Assembly (NCBI GenBank): GCA_002747175.1
Contig: PDTK01000031.1
Coordinates: 30,304-94,303, forward strand
Direction of reading: 5' to 3'
Origin: Deltaproteobacteria bacterium
Lineage (GTDB): Bacteria; Desulfobacterota; Desulfobacteria; Desulfobacterales; Desulfosarcinaceae
Length of the DNA stretch: 64,000 bases
A program made the translations under genes and the position numbers. Under the pieces are notes generated by a model. That model saw only the letters and a list, made by a program, of their open reading frames with translations. It was not told the DNA's origin and made no database searches. Shown piece after piece: positions 40,440-51,650 of the stretch. How positions within the stretch are numbered: position 1 is the first letter of the stretch; each line of letters begins with the position of its first letter.

Positions 40440-41804
40440 TCAACTCGAAAAAATGCGCGATATATCATTGTAAAACACAAAAACCATCAACATGATCAAG
40501 ATAAAGATGCCGGCCTGCTGGGCCATCTCGCGCATGCGCGTGTTCAGCGGCCGGCGCATGATCGCTTCGATGAAAAAAAACAGCAGATGGCCGCCGTCGA
40601 GCACGGGGATGGGCAGAAAATTGATGACCGCCAGATTGATGCTCAACCAGGCGATGAAAAAGATCAGGTGGGTCAACCCCTCCTCGGCCTGCTGCCCGGC
40701 CATTTCGGCGATCATGATCGGTCCGCCCAATGTCTTGGTGGACACCGTACCCTTGATCAGCTTACCGATACTCAGAACCATCAGACGCGAAATTTGATAG
40801 GTCTGGGCAATGCTCTCGGCCACCGCCTGAAAAAAACCGCGCTTGATGGTGATGCGATCGGCATCGGGGATGGTGACGCCGGGCGTGGAAATACCGATGC
40901 GATAACTCTCGACTTGCTCGCCAAGCAGATTTTCCTCACTGAACCGAATCGGAACGATTTCCACATTGATCACGCTGCCGGCGCGGTCGAGACGAACGTG
41001 CAACGGTGCTCCTTTGCTGCCGGAGATAAGGGTCGTCATCGTGCGCCAGGAGTCCACGGGCTGGTCATTGATGGCAACGATGCGGTCGCCTTTGCGCACC
41101 CCCATCGCTTTGGCGGGATACCCGTCGGCGACCTCGCCCACGATGGCCGCCAGTGGTGCCAGACCGGAACAGCCCACATCGTAATAGGGCAGGTCATCGC
41201 CCAAAATATCCTTGGTCACTTTGGCCTGGGGTTCGATGGTGAAATCGATCACCTCCCCATCGCGTACCACGGAGAAATGTAAGCGGCTGCCCTTCGCCTC
41301 GGCCACCAGCTTGTCGATGTCACCCCAGGCGGTTACCGGCCGGCCGTCGATGGCGGTAATCCGGTCCCCGGTCTGGAGGCCTGCAATGGCGGCCGGGCCG
41401 CCCGTCTCCACATGACGCACCACCGGTCGAATATCCTCTGTACCGACGAAAACAAAAAATCCGGTGTATATCATCACGGCCAGCAACAGATTGAAAAAAG
41501 GGCCGGCGGCCACAATCAAAATTCGTTTGAAAACATGCTTGTGGGTAAAGGATAGGGGAAGCAGCTCCGGGTCCAGCTCGGCGTCGGGCTCGTCGCCCAC
41601 CATTTTGACGTATCCGCCCAAGGGAATGGCAGAGATACGGTAGTCGGTGATTCCCACGGTTTTGCCGATCAGGCGCGGGCCAAAGCCCAAAGAGAACTTT
41701 TCGACGCCCACGCCGCAAAGCCGGGCAACCAGGAAATGGCCCAGTTCGTGAAAAAAGATGAGAACACCCAAAACGACGATGAATGCAATGATAATGGTGG
41801 TCAT
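40440..41804 (-). CDS. rseP: RIP metalloprotease RseP with two PDZ domains
   Basis: HELGH, PLGGYVKM, NFLPIPVLDGG. Confidence 0.96.
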   Translation of the reverse strand: MTTIIIAFIVVLGVLIFFHELGHFLVARLCGVGVEKFSLGFGPRLIGKTVGITDYRISAIPLGGYVKMVGDEPDAELDPELLPLSFTHKHVFKRILIVAAGPFFNLLLAVMIYTGFFVFVGTEDIRPVVRHVETGGPAAIAGLQTGDRITAIDGRPVTAWGDIDKLVAEAKGSRLHFSVVRDGEVIDFTIEPQAKVTKDILGDDLPYYDVGCSGLAPLAAIVGEVADGYPAKAMGVRKGDRIVAINDQPVDSWRTMTTLISGSKGAPLHVRLDRAGSVINVEIVPIRFSEENLLGEQVESYRIGISTPGVTIPDADRITIKRGFFQAVAESIAQTYQISRLMVLSIGKLIKGTVSTKTLGGPIMIAEMAGQQAEEGLTHLIFFIAWLSINLAVINFLPIPVLDGGHLLFFFIEAIMRRPLNTRMREMAQQAGIFILIMLMVFVFYNDISRIFSS

Positions 41805-41814
41805 AAGCGCTTTG

Positions 41815-42978
41815 TTATTGCTCCTGCCGACGGATCAGTTCCCGGGCCCGCTGTCTGGCCCAGTGGTCCGCAGCGACGATGTTTTCGAGGTCGATACCCG
41901 GATGACCGGGATATTCGCTCAGGGTTTGTTCGATGACCGCATGAATGCCGGAAAACGGCAGTCGCCGCTGTAAAAATTTCTCCACGGCGATCTCGTTGGC
42001 CGCATTGAGCACGGCCGGCTGACACCCACCGGCTCGGCCGGCCGCATACGCCAGGGCCAGGCAGGGAAACCGCTTGAGGTCCGGGTCTTCGAATGTCAAT
42101 TGGCCCAGGGCGGCAAAATCGGGTGCCGGCAGATCCAGGGGCAGCCGCTGGGGGTGGGAGAGGCCGTAGGCAATGGCTCCTTTCATATCCGGCACACCCA
42201 TCTGGGCCATGACGGCGCCGTCTTCGTATACGACCATGGAATGGACAATGCTCTGGGGATGGACCACCACCTTGATGCGGTCATATTCCACGGCAAACAA
42301 CCAGCGGGCCTCAATGACTTCCAGACCCTTGTTCATCAGGGTCGCCGAATCAATGCTGATCTTGTTTCCCATGGACCAGTTGGGATGGTTCAGGGCATCT
42401 TCCGGGGTAATGGCATCAAAGGTCCCTGCCGGCCGTTTGCGAAAAGGCCCTCCCGAAGCGGTCAACAAAATTTCCCGCACGCCGTTGCCCCGATGGCCGG
42501 CCAGACTCTGAAAAATGGCACTGTGTTCGCTGTCCACCGGCATCAGGTTGACACCGCGTTTGGCAACCCGGTCCATCACCAGGTCACCGGCCATGACCAG
42601 GGTCTCCTTGTTGGCCAGGGCAATATCCTTACCAGCGTCGATGGCCGCCAGGGTCGGAACCAGTCCGGCGGCCCCCACCATGGCGCTGAGCACCATGTCG
42701 GCCCCTGAACGGGCAGCGGCTTCGACATAACCATCCACGCCGAAAACGATCTTTACTTTGATGGCGGGCGGCAGCAGATCCTTCAAACGACGGGCATGAT
42801 CGTCATCGGCCACAGCGGCCACACGTGGTCCGAACTGCACGATCTGTCGGGCCAAAAGGTCGATATTGGTATGGGCACACAGCGCACAGACCGCAAACCG
42901 ATCCGGAAAACGGCCAACGATCTCCAGTGCGTTGGCGCCAATGGAACCGGTAGCGCCCAGTATGGATACGGTTTTCAT
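41815..42978 (-). CDS. dxr: 1-deoxy-D-xylulose 5-phosphate reductoisomerase
   Basis: LGATGSIG, LANKE, PVDSEH, TASGG, NKGLE. Confidence 0.97.
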   Translation of the reverse strand: MKTVSILGATGSIGANALEIVGRFPDRFAVCALCAHTNIDLLARQIVQFGPRVAAVADDDHARRLKDLLPPAIKVKIVFGVDGYVEAAARSGADMVLSAMVGAAGLVPTLAAIDAGKDIALANKETLVMAGDLVMDRVAKRGVNLMPVDSEHSAIFQSLAGHRGNGVREILLTASGGPFRKRPAGTFDAITPEDALNHPNWSMGNKISIDSATLMNKGLEVIEARWLFAVEYDRIKVVVHPQSIVHSMVVYEDGAVMAQMGVPDMKGAIAYGLSHPQRLPLDLPAPDFAALGQLTFEDPDLKRFPCLALAYAAGRAGGCQPAVLNAANEIAVEKFLQRRLPFSGIHAVIEQTLSEYPGHPGIDLENIVAADHWARQRARELIRRQEQ

Positions 42979-43048
42979 GCTCGTTCGGCCTCAATCGCAT
43001 AAATGGCAATCATGATCCGTGCCCGTCCAGAAATGTGAATGGGCACGC

Positions 43049-43855
43049 TTAGAATATAGTGATTTTAAACAGATAGGCAAGCGGGGCGGCAAACAGCAGC
43101 GCATCCAGCCGGTCGAGCAAACCACCGTGTCCGGGAAGCAGGATTCCTGAGTCCTTGATGCCCGCCGAACGCTTGAACTCGGAGGCAAACAGATCACCGA
43201 GCTGGCCGCCGACGCCGACCACCAGAGCGAAAATAATACACGGGCCTGCATTCAGCGTGGGCAGCAACAGCATTTTGAGCACCAGGGCCACCAGGGTATT
43301 GGCGGCCAATCCGCCAAGACTGCCTTCAATGGTTTTTTGGGGACTCACCCAGGGGCACAATTTGTGACGCCCCAGATAGGTGCCCGTATAAAAGGCCCCG
43401 ATATCACCGGCGAAGACAGTACACAAAATCCACATGATCCACTGAAGGCCTTTGGGATCGGCGCGAATGGTGACCAGAAAAGCCAGCGGAACGGTGATAT
43501 AAGCCAGCCCCAGTACCTGTTTGGCGACCAGATAAGGGGCCTGGGTGTCATCTTTGAACAGGGGCAGGGTCAGAGCGGATACGAGGATCAGGTCCACCGC
43601 GATGATTAACGGGACCGCGGCCAGATTGCCGGTGAAAGCCAGCCAGACGATCAGCGGTGCCAGACCGACGCCCACCAGGGGAATGAGTCGGGCCGCCAGA
43701 TTGCCGCCGGTGGTGAAAACCGCCTGGTTATATTCGTACAAGGTGAGCACGGCCGCGGCGGCCACCAGCAGATAAAAGGGCGGGCCGCCGGCGGCGGCCA
43801 CAACAACAAGAATGGGAAAGGCGATGAGACCGGTGATCCAGCGTTTTCGATGCAT
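43049..43855 (-). CDS. cdsA: Phosphatidate cytidylyltransferase
   Basis: SPQKTIEG, GDLFASEFKR, KDSG..LPGHGGLLDRLD. Confidence 0.95.
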   Translation of the reverse strand: MHRKRWITGLIAFPILVVVAAAGGPPFYLLVAAAAVLTLYEYNQAVFTTGGNLAARLIPLVGVGLAPLIVWLAFTGNLAAVPLIIAVDLILVSALTLPLFKDDTQAPYLVAKQVLGLAYITVPLAFLVTIRADPKGLQWIMWILCTVFAGDIGAFYTGTYLGRHKLCPWVSPQKTIEGSLGGLAANTLVALVLKMLLLPTLNAGPCIIFALVVGVGGQLGDLFASEFKRSAGIKDSGILLPGHGGLLDRLDALLFAAPLAYLFKITIF

Positions 43856-43864
43856 GGGATTCCT

Positions 43865-44611
43865 TTAGGGAATGGCTCCAAACCGCCGTTCCCGGCCCTG
43901 ATATTCCTTGAGAATGCGGATGAATTCGTCCTCGTCGAAATCGGGCCAGAGCGTCGGGGTGAAAACCAGCTCGGCGTAAGCGATCTGCCAGAGCAGGAAA
44001 TTACTGATACGCTGCTCGCCGCTGGTGCGAATCAACAGATCCGGATCCGGCAGGTCATGGGTATACAGGTGCTGGTCCACGACCTCGGGGGTTACCGCAG
44101 CCGGGTCGAGCTGCCCTTTTTGAACGGCCACGGCAACCTGCCGGACCATATCCACGATCTCCGTACGGGCACCATAACTCAGGGCCAGGTTGAGAACCAT
44201 CTTGGTGTTGCCGGCGGTATCCGCCATGATGGCATCCAATTGTTCCCGAACCGCATCGGGCAAACGATGAATCTGGCCGATTACGTTGAGACGGATCTGA
44301 TTGTCCACAAGGGTCCGGTGTTCCGAGGTAAGAAAACGGCCCAGAAGCCGCATGAGACCCGAGATTTCAGGTTTGGGGCGCTTCCAGTTTTCGGTGGAAA
44401 AGGCGTAGAGGGTCAAAACGGGCAGTTCCAGTTTACGGGCGGTGCGAACGATCTTACGCACCGCCTCGGCCCCTTTTTCGTGCCCGTTGATGCGATTGAG
44501 CAGGCGTTTTTTGGCCCACCGGCCATTGCCGTCCATGATGATGGCAACATGTCTGGGCATCCGGCTCAGGTCGAGTTCAATCCGTGCCGACGGGGATGAA
44601 CTAGAATTCAA
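43865..44611 (-). CDS. uppS: Undecaprenyl diphosphate synthase (TTG start overlapping the end of frr)
   Basis: [38 protein letters not shown]. Confidence 0.95.
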   Translation of the reverse strand: MNSSSSPSARIELDLSRMPRHVAIIMDGNGRWAKKRLLNRINGHEKGAEAVRKIVRTARKLELPVLTLYAFSTENWKRPKPEISGLMRLLGRFLTSEHRTLVDNQIRLNVIGQIHRLPDAVREQLDAIMADTAGNTKMVLNLALSYGARTEIVDMVRQVAVAVQKGQLDPAAVTPEVVDQHLYTHDLPDPDLLIRTSGEQRISNFLLWQIAYAELVFTPTLWPDFDEDEFIRILKEYQGRERRFGAIP

Positions 44612-45158
44612 GGATCTCTTTCTCTTTGTCTTTATAGATCTCGTCGATCTGGGCAATGAATTCGTCCGTAATTTTCTGGACGCTGTCCTGGGCCTTGAAC
44701 GCATCGTCTTCGGAGATCTCGCCCTCCTTCTTGAAGCCCTTGAGCAGTTCGTTGGAATCCCTCCGGATATTGCGGGCGGCGATCTTGTGCTCTTCGCACA
44801 TCTTGCTGACCACCTTGACCAGTTCCTTGCGCCGCTCCTCGGTCAGCGGCGGGATGGAAATGCGGATGAGCTTGCCGTCGCTGGACGGGGTCAACCCGAG
44901 ATCGGATTTCAAAATGGCCTTTTCGATCTCTTTGATGCCGGACACGTCCCAGGGCTGGATGACGATCAACCGGCTTTCGGGAACCGACAGCGATGCCATT
45001 TGATTCAGCGGCGTCTGCGTACCATAGTAATCCACACGGATCCCGTCCAGCAGGGACAAAGATGCCCGGCCGGTGCGAACCCGCTTGAGTTCGTTTTCCA
45101 GAGCGACGATGGTCTTGCCCATCCGGTCCCTGGTTTCCTCGAGTGTTTCGTCGATCAT
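44601..45158 (-). CDS. frr: Ribosome recycling factor
   Basis: [14 protein letters not shown]. Confidence 0.97.
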   Translation of the reverse strand: MIDETLEETRDRMGKTIVALENELKRVRTGRASLSLLDGIRVDYYGTQTPLNQMASLSVPESRLIVIQPWDVSGIKEIEKAILKSDLGLTPSSDGKLIRISIPPLTEERRKELVKVVSKMCEEHKIAARNIRRDSNELLKGFKKEGEISEDDAFKAQDSVQKITDEFIAQIDEIYKDKEKEILEF

Positions 45159-45212
45159 GATGATAGTACCTCGTAAAACGGGATTCGTTCGTGCCCATCC
45201 ATAAAAGGAGGG

Positions 45213-45926
45213 TCAGCCGGCAATGGTCGTGCCCACGTCTTCGCCGCTGACCACCTTCTTGATATTGCCCTTTTCTTTGAGATTGAATACCATCAGTGGC
45301 AACTGGTTGTCCATGGCCAGAGAAATGGCGGTCATGTCCATGACCTTAAGCTGCCGTTCGAGCACCTCCATATAGCTGATGGTCTTGATGAATCGGGCAT
45401 CGGCATTGCGTTCCGGATCGGAATCGTACAAGCCGTTGACCTTGGTGGCTTTGAGCAGAATTTCGGCGTGAATTTCCTTGGCTCGCAAAACGGCCGCCGT
45501 ATCGGTGGTAAAATAGGGATTCCCCGATCCCGCGGCAAAAATGACCACCCGCCCCTTTTCCAGATGGCGCAAGGCCCGGCGCAGAATATACGGCTCGGCC
45601 ACCTCGTGCATGGAGATGGCCGTTTGTACGCGGGTCTGGATGCCTTTCTTTTCCAGGGCATCCTGGAGGGCCAGGCTGTTGAGTACCGTGGCCAGCATCC
45701 CCATGTGATCGGCCGATGTGCGTTCCATCCCGAAGGAACTGGCGGCCACACCGCGGAAGATATTGCCGCCACCGACCACGATGGCCAGTTGCACGTCCAT
45801 TTCCACGATGTCCCGCACCTCTTCGGCGACAAAGGCCAGCATGTTGGGGCAGATGCCGAAGCCCTGATCTCCCATCAGGGCTTCACCACTCAACTTGAGC
45901 AAAATGCGTTTGAATCGGTTCGCCAC
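45213..45926 (-). CDS. pyrH: UMP kinase
   Basis: [20 protein letters not shown]. Confidence 0.97.
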   Translation of the reverse strand: MANRFKRILLKLSGEALMGDQGFGICPNMLAFVAEEVRDIVEMDVQLAIVVGGGNIFRGVAASSFGMERTSADHMGMLATVLNSLALQDALEKKGIQTRVQTAISMHEVAEPYILRRALRHLEKGRVVIFAAGSGNPYFTTDTAAVLRAKEIHAEILLKATKVNGLYDSDPERNADARFIKTISYMEVLERQLKVMDMTAISLAMDNQLPLMVFNLKEKGNIKKVVSGEDVGTTIAG

Positions 45927-45928
45927 GG

Positions 45929-46528
45929 TTATTCCGCCCCAATCTGGAATCGGGCAAACCGCTTGATGGTGATCTTCTCACCGGTCTTGGCGATGACCTC
46001 GTTGAGGTAGTCCGCCACGGTTTTGTCCGGCTCTTTGACATACTGCTGGTTCATCAGGCAGCTTTCCTTGAAAAATTTGTTCAGCTTGCCTTCGGCGATT
46101 TTTTCGACCATATTTTCGGGTTTGCCCATCTCCAAGACCTGGGCTTTGTAAATCTCGCGCTCACGGTCGACCACTTCGGCCGGCACATCTTCGGGTACGA
46201 TCCCCACCGGGTTGGTGGCGGCGACGTGCATGGCGATATTCCTGGCGAAATCCTTGAAATCATCGGTCTTGGCGACGAAGTCAGTCTCGCAGTTGATTTC
46301 CACCAGTACGCCGATCTTACCGCCCATGTGAATGTAAGACTGAACGGTGCCCTCGGAGGTGGCCCGCCCTGCACGCTTGGCGGCCGTGGCAATCCCCTTT
46401 TTCCTCAGAAAATCGACGGCTTTTTCCAAATCGCCGTCGCATTCCGCAAGGGCGGCTTTGCAATCCATCATACCGGCTCCGGATTTCTCCCGAAGTTCTT
46501 TTACCATTGCTGCACTGATTGTTGCCAT
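45929..46528 (-). CDS. tsf: Elongation factor Ts (short form)
   Basis: [16 protein letters not shown]. Confidence 0.97.
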   Translation of the reverse strand: MATISAAMVKELREKSGAGMMDCKAALAECDGDLEKAVDFLRKKGIATAAKRAGRATSEGTVQSYIHMGGKIGVLVEINCETDFVAKTDDFKDFARNIAMHVAATNPVGIVPEDVPAEVVDREREIYKAQVLEMGKPENMVEKIAEGKLNKFFKESCLMNQQYVKEPDKTVADYLNEVIAKTGEKITIKRFARFQIGAE

Positions 46529-46533
46529 ATGAA

Positions 46534-47439
46534 TTATTCTCCCGTCGGTTCTGCGTCTGCAGTTTTTTCTTCAGAGGCTGTTGCGTCTGCTTGTGCTTCG
46601 CCTTCTACAGAAGCGCCTTTGCGGATGATCTCCACCACCGGTCCGTCGGTACCGTCGGAAATCACTTTGCGTTCACCAGGCTTCAGATCAGCCGCAGCGG
46701 TTTCCAGTTCAGAAGGTTCTTCTCCCTTATCGACTTCGGCCTGCTGGCGAGCCTTGAAGCGGTCCCGGCCCTCGATACAGGCATCGGCCATCTTGGAGAC
46801 GATCAAACGGATGGCGCGGATGGCATCATCGTTGCCGGGGATGACATGATCAATCTCATCGGGGTTGCAGTTGGTGTCCACAACGGCAACGATGGGAATT
46901 CCCAGACGGCGCCCTTCACGGACGGCGATGGCTTCGTTGCGGGGATCAATGACCACCATCGCACCGGGCAGCTTGGTCATGGTGCGGATACCGCCCAAGG
47001 TGCTGTCCAGTTTGGCCCGCTCCTTGCCCAGCTTCAGGCGCTCTTTTTTGGGAAAAAGTTCGATGGAGCCGTCATTTTCGATGGTATTCAGGTGGTTGAG
47101 CCGATCGACACTCTTTTTGACCGTCTGAAAGTTGGTCAGCATGCCGCCCAGCCAGCGGTTATGCACATAAAACATCTCGGCGCGGTTGGCCTCTTCGTAA
47201 ATCGATTCGCGGGCCTGTTTCTTGGTTCCCACGAAAAGGACTTTTTTTCCGGCGGCGGCCGTATCCGCGATGAAATCGTATGCGTCGCGGAACATGCGCA
47301 CGGTTTTCTGCAGGTCAATGATGTAGATGCCGTTTCTGGCCCCGAAGATATATGGTTTCATCTTGGGGTTCCAGCGTTTGGTCTGGTGACCGAAATGGAC
47401 ACCGGCTTCCAGCAGTTCCTTCATTGTAACGTAAGCCAT
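46534..47439 (-). CDS. rpsB: 30S ribosomal protein S2
   Basis: [25 protein letters not shown]. Confidence 0.98.
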   Translation of the reverse strand: MAYVTMKELLEAGVHFGHQTKRWNPKMKPYIFGARNGIYIIDLQKTVRMFRDAYDFIADTAAAGKKVLFVGTKKQARESIYEEANRAEMFYVHNRWLGGMLTNFQTVKKSVDRLNHLNTIENDGSIELFPKKERLKLGKERAKLDSTLGGIRTMTKLPGAMVVIDPRNEAIAVREGRRLGIPIVAVVDTNCNPDEIDHVIPGNDDAIRAIRLIVSKMADACIEGRDRFKARQQAEVDKGEEPSELETAAADLKPGERKVISDGTDGPVVEIIRKGASVEGEAQADATASEEKTADAEPTGE

Positions 47440-47454
47440 TTTTTTCTCCTTACC

Positions 47455-47536
47455 CTTTGGTTTTTCCTTCGTCCGCTTCTGCCCTGAATCCGACTTTCGT
47501 GGAAAGCACCGGGATCAGGTCCACGGACGTGCGGTT
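47455..47536 (-). promoter_or_regulatory. rpsB leader (S2-binding cis-regulatory RNA)
   Basis: Minus strand CGCACGTCCG...GGTGC...CGGACG; TTGCGG-N17-TACTTA promoter just upstream. Confidence 0.6.
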
Positions 47537-47619
47537 TAAAAAACGAGTTTAAGTAACAATTTTTTTTTCTGGCCGCAAGGATTTTTTAGCTGAATGCTCA
47601 ACGCTGAAAGATTTAGGAA

Positions 47620-47719
47620 TCACCGACCACCCGTCGAGCGGGTGGTTTGATGAAGCCCCCTTGAAGGGGGCCTGTAAGCCAGGCAATAAACGTCGAACGT
47701 CCAACTTCGATTTTTGAGT
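47620..47719. repeat. Repeat family B, copy 2 (best-conserved palindromes)
   Basis: ACCACCCG-TCGAG-CGGGTGGT, GCCCCCTTGAAGGGGGC, CGTCGAACGTCCAACTTCG. Confidence 0.8.
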
Positions 47720-47735
47720 TTTCAACTTTCAACCA

Positions 47736-48629
47736 TCAGCTCTTTTTCATGATCGCCACCCGGTCAAGCCCAGCATAATCCCTGACAATCCGCACCGGCG
47801 TATAATGGCCGATCCGCTTTGCCGCCGCCTGTACATCCGCGGCCTGATCATACCCCATCTCCAGGGCCAGGGTGCCGCCGTCGGCCAGGTAGCGGTGGGC
47901 GAATTCCAGGATGCGCATCAGGCAGGCCAGTCCGTCGGAGCTGCCGTCCAGGGCGGCCTGGGGCTCAAATCGCCGAATTTCCGGTTGCAGGGTCTGCATA
48001 TCCGGACTACGAATATAAGGCGGATTGGAAACGATCAGGTCAAACCTTTTTCGACCGGGCGCCAGGGGCGCGTCCCAGTCGCCGGAAAACCAGTCGATGC
48101 AGCCATCGACCCCATGTCGGCGCGCATTGTGCCGGGCCAGGCGCAGGGCCTCCGGAGAACGATCCATGGCCAGGTATCGATGGCAGTCGTGTTCATGGGC
48201 CAGGGCGATCACGATGGCACCGGATCCGGTGCCCAGATCCAGCACACGTACGGGGGCATCACAGGGATTGTCCAGCAGGGGCAGCACGGCTTCCACCAGG
48301 CATTCGGTCTCCGGCCGGGGAATCAGCACCGCCGGGGTCACCGACAGCTCCAGGGACCAGAATTCACGCGTGCCAGTGATATAGGCCACCGGCTCGCGGT
48401 CCACGCGCCGCCGGATCATGGTCTTGAAACGCTTCAGTTCGTCTTCGCACAGGGGCTGGTCATGATTCAGATACAGGTCGATACGCCGCTGGCCCAGGGC
48501 ATGGGCCAGCAGGATTTCCGCATCGGTGCGGGCATTGTCGATGCCATGATCGTTGAAATAGCCGGTGGTCCACCGGATCAACGCCATGGGGGTCCACGGT
48601 GGGGCATTATGCGCCGGCGTCTTCGGCAT
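47736..48629 (-). CDS. prmC: Release factor glutamine methyltransferase
   Basis: [26 protein letters not shown]. Confidence 0.96.
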   Translation of the reverse strand: MPKTPAHNAPPWTPMALIRWTTGYFNDHGIDNARTDAEILLAHALGQRRIDLYLNHDQPLCEDELKRFKTMIRRRVDREPVAYITGTREFWSLELSVTPAVLIPRPETECLVEAVLPLLDNPCDAPVRVLDLGTGSGAIVIALAHEHDCHRYLAMDRSPEALRLARHNARRHGVDGCIDWFSGDWDAPLAPGRKRFDLIVSNPPYIRSPDMQTLQPEIRRFEPQAALDGSSDGLACLMRILEFAHRYLADGGTLALEMGYDQAADVQAAAKRIGHYTPVRIVRDYAGLDRVAIMKKS

Positions 48630-49683
48630 TCTGGAGGGCCTGGCTCTGATGATGGGTGATCAGCGGCTCGACGACCTCATCCACATCGCCCTGGAGGATG
48701 GCTTCCAGCTTGTACAGGGTCAAGCCGATGCGGTGGTCGGTCACCCGGCCCTGGGGAAAGTTGTAGGTACGGATGCGCTCGCTTCGGTCACCGCTGCCCA
48801 CTTGGCTTTTGCGATTCTGGGAGCGTTCTTCGTTTTGTTCGCGGACCATTTGGTCGAGCAGTCTTGAACGCAGCACCTTCATGGCCTTGGCCTTGTTCTT
48901 ATGCTGGGATTTTTCATCCTGGCAAGTGACCACCAGGCCGGTGGGCAGATGGGTGAGGCGTACCGCCGAATCGGTGGTATTGACCGATTGGCCGCCGGGG
49001 CCCGAGGAACGGTACACATCCACCTTGAGCTCGTTGGCATCAATATTGACTTCGATCTCCTCGGCTTCGGGCAGTACGGCTACGGTCACAGCAGATGTGT
49101 GAATACGGCCCTGGGTCTCGGTGGTGGGCACCCGCTGCACCCGGTGGGTACCGCTTTCGAACTTCAGGCGGCTGTATGCCCCTTTACCGTTGACGTTGGC
49201 AATGATTTCCTTGAGCCCGCCCACGCCCGTGGTGTGGTGGTCCATGACCTCCACCTTCCACCCCCGGGAATCGGCATAGCGCTGATACATCTTGAACAGG
49301 TCTCCGGCAAACAGGCCAGCTTCGTCTCCGCCGGTCCCGGCCCGGATTTCCAGGATAACATTTTTGTCATCCAGCGGATCCCTGGGGATCAAAAGGATTT
49401 TCAGTTCTCCCTGGAGCCGTTCCTTATCCTGTTCCAGACGCGCCACCTCCTCGGCGGCCATCTGTTTCATTTCCGGATCGTCATCGTTGAGCAGGTCGAG
49501 GCTGTCATCCAGTTCCCGGTTCACCTGTTTGTATTCCCTGAAGACAGTCACAACGGGTGAAATATCGGCATGTTCGCGAATATATTTCTGATAGGCTTCC
49601 CGATCCTGGACCACTTGAGGATCGGAGAGCAGCCGTTCCAGTTCCTGGAAACGATCTTCGACACCTTTTAATTTATCGAACAT
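48607..49683 (-). CDS. prfA: Peptide chain release factor 1
   Basis: GTGGDEA, RVPTT, GPGGQ, RTYNFPQ; upstream of prmC. Confidence 0.97.
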   Translation of the reverse strand: MFDKLKGVEDRFQELERLLSDPQVVQDREAYQKYIREHADISPVVTVFREYKQVNRELDDSLDLLNDDDPEMKQMAAEEVARLEQDKERLQGELKILLIPRDPLDDKNVILEIRAGTGGDEAGLFAGDLFKMYQRYADSRGWKVEVMDHHTTGVGGLKEIIANVNGKGAYSRLKFESGTHRVQRVPTTETQGRIHTSAVTVAVLPEAEEIEVNIDANELKVDVYRSSGPGGQSVNTTDSAVRLTHLPTGLVVTCQDEKSQHKNKAKAMKVLRSRLLDQMVREQNEERSQNRKSQVGSGDRSERIRTYNFPQGRVTDHRIGLTLYKLEAILQGDVDEVVEPLITHHQSQALQNAEDAGA

Positions 49684-49705
49684 ATGGCACCATCGGGGTA
49701 TCATC

Positions 49706-49732
49706 AAAAACCGCCGTATCCCATAGCGGCGG
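49706..49732 (-). terminator. Intrinsic terminator between rpmE and prfA
   Basis: Minus strand CCGCCG...CGGCGG followed by TTTTT. Confidence 0.6.
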
Positions 49733-49842
49733 CGCATGTGTACGAATCTGTCGGGTTCGGAAAGCAATCGGGGCAGACCGCCCCGGTGCCGGATCGTGAA
49801 CCGGACACCGGAACCAGCCTGAGGGAAGACGGGGTGGGAGCG

Positions 49843-50055
49843 CTATTGATTCTTCTGAAATTTCTCGTATTTTTTACGGAACCGCTCGATACGGCCGGCA
49901 GTATCCACCAGCTTCTGTTTGCCGGTAAAAAACGGGTGGCATTTGGAACAAATTTCCACGCGAATGTCTTTTTTCGTCGATCCAGCCTCAATGCTGCTGC
50001 CGCAGGCACACTGGATGGTGGTTTGCGAATATTCCGGATGAATATCGGTTTTCAT
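49843..50055 (-). CDS. rpmE: 50S ribosomal protein L31 (zinc-binding form)
   Basis: [22 protein letters not shown]. Confidence 0.97.
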   Translation of the reverse strand: MKTDIHPEYSQTTIQCACGSSIEAGSTKKDIRVEICSKCHPFFTGKQKLVDTAGRIERFRKKYEKFQKNQ

Positions 50056-50079
50056 TGTAATTTCAACCCCCTAAGCATT

Positions 50080-51327
50080 TTATGCATTCATGGAATCTAG
50101 AAAATCGGCATTATCCAATGTTCCGTTCATTTTTTCAAGTAAAAATTCGAGGCTGTCCGACGGATTCAAGGACGCGAACAATTTTCTGAGGATCCACACC
50201 CGGTTCAAGGTGAGTTCATCAAGCAGCAGTTCTTCCTTTCGGGTACCGGACTTCTTGATGTCGATGGCCGGGAAGATGCGTTTGTCCGCCAAGCGGCGAT
50301 CCAACTGGATCTCCATGTTACCGGTCCCCTTGAACTCCTCGAAAATAACCTCATCCATACGTGATCCAGTGTCCACCAGGGCCGTGGCGATGATGGTCAG
50401 GCTGCCACCTTCCTCAATGTTGCGGGCCGCACCGAAAAAACGCTTGGGCCGCTGCAAGGCGTTGGAATCGACACCTCCGGAGAGAATCTTGCCGGAGGGA
50501 GGCATCACCGAGTTGTAGGCCCGGGCCAAACGGGTGATACTGTCCAGCAAAATGACCACATTTTTTTTGTGTTCCACCAGGCGCTTGGCCTTCTCAATGA
50601 CCATCTCAGCCACCTGGACGTGGCGTTCGGCCGGTTCGTCGAAAGTGGAACTGATCACCTCGCCTTTCACCGAGCGCTGCATGTCGGTGACCTCTTCCGG
50701 CCGTTCATCGATGAGCAGCACGAACAGCACGATATCCTTGTGGTTCTTGACGATGCAGTTGGCGATGCACTGGAGCAACATGGTCTTACCCGAACGGGGC
50801 GGCGACACGATCAGTCCGCGCTGGCCGAACCCGATGGGGGTCAGCAGATCCATGATGCGGGCCGAATAATTTTCCGCATCCACCTCCAGATTGACCTTGT
50901 TTTCCGGATACAGGGGGGTCAGGTTGTCGAAAAGGATCTTTTCCCGGGCCACCTCGGGATCTTCGTAATTGACCGCCTCCACTTTAAGAAGTGCGAAATA
51001 ACGTTCGGACTCTTTGGGTTGTCGGATCTGTCCCGAAACGGTGTCCCCGGTACGCAGGTTGAACCGGCGGATCTGAGACGGCGAAACGTAAATATCGTCG
51101 GGCCCCGGCAGGTAATTGTAATTGGGTGCACGCAAAAAACCAAAGCCGTCGGGCAGGATCTCCAGGGTACCCTCCCCGAAGATCAAACCGTTTTTTTCGA
51201 TCTGCGTCTGCAGCAGGGCGAAAATCAGCTCCTGCTTGCGCATGCCGGCAGCCCCCTCAATGTTGAGCTGCTTGGCCATTTTGGTCAGTTCATTGATTTT
51301 TTTGTTTTTCAGTTCCACGATGTTCAT
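50080..51327 (-). CDS. rho: Transcription termination factor Rho
   Basis: [29 protein letters not shown]. Confidence 0.98.
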   Translation of the reverse strand: MNIVELKNKKINELTKMAKQLNIEGAAGMRKQELIFALLQTQIEKNGLIFGEGTLEILPDGFGFLRAPNYNYLPGPDDIYVSPSQIRRFNLRTGDTVSGQIRQPKESERYFALLKVEAVNYEDPEVAREKILFDNLTPLYPENKVNLEVDAENYSARIMDLLTPIGFGQRGLIVSPPRSGKTMLLQCIANCIVKNHKDIVLFVLLIDERPEEVTDMQRSVKGEVISSTFDEPAERHVQVAEMVIEKAKRLVEHKKNVVILLDSITRLARAYNSVMPPSGKILSGGVDSNALQRPKRFFGAARNIEEGGSLTIIATALVDTGSRMDEVIFEEFKGTGNMEIQLDRRLADKRIFPAIDIKKSGTRKEELLLDELTLNRVWILRKLFASLNPSDSLEFLLEKMNGTLDNADFLDSMNA

Positions 51328-51618
51328 TAACGCACCCCATCTTTAGGATTGATTGGTCCCCACAACCTGCGAAGTCTACTCGGTAGAATCGTCCACATAG
51401 CGTATGAAAACAACAGTGCCCCGAATCTTATGACGGTCTTCCCTGGCGGCACGCTGAAGCACCTTAAACCAGTATGTCGGATTTCACGTAGCAGCGGTAC
51501 CTTTCGGGTGAATTGGGTTGGACTGTTGGTTTTTTAAGGAGGATTATGCGTGTTTTTATGATAGAATTTATTCGAATGAACCGCGTATGACGGATTCGTC
51601 TCAAGATTATTCAAAATT

Positions 51619-51645
51619 GTTATACCATGAAAACGATGGTGTCAA
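51619..51645 (-). promoter_or_regulatory. Putative rho promoter, implying a leader of about 280 nt
   Basis: Minus strand TTGACA...TGGTATAAC; spacing shorter than ideal. Confidence 0.4.
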
Positions 51646-51650
51646 GGGAA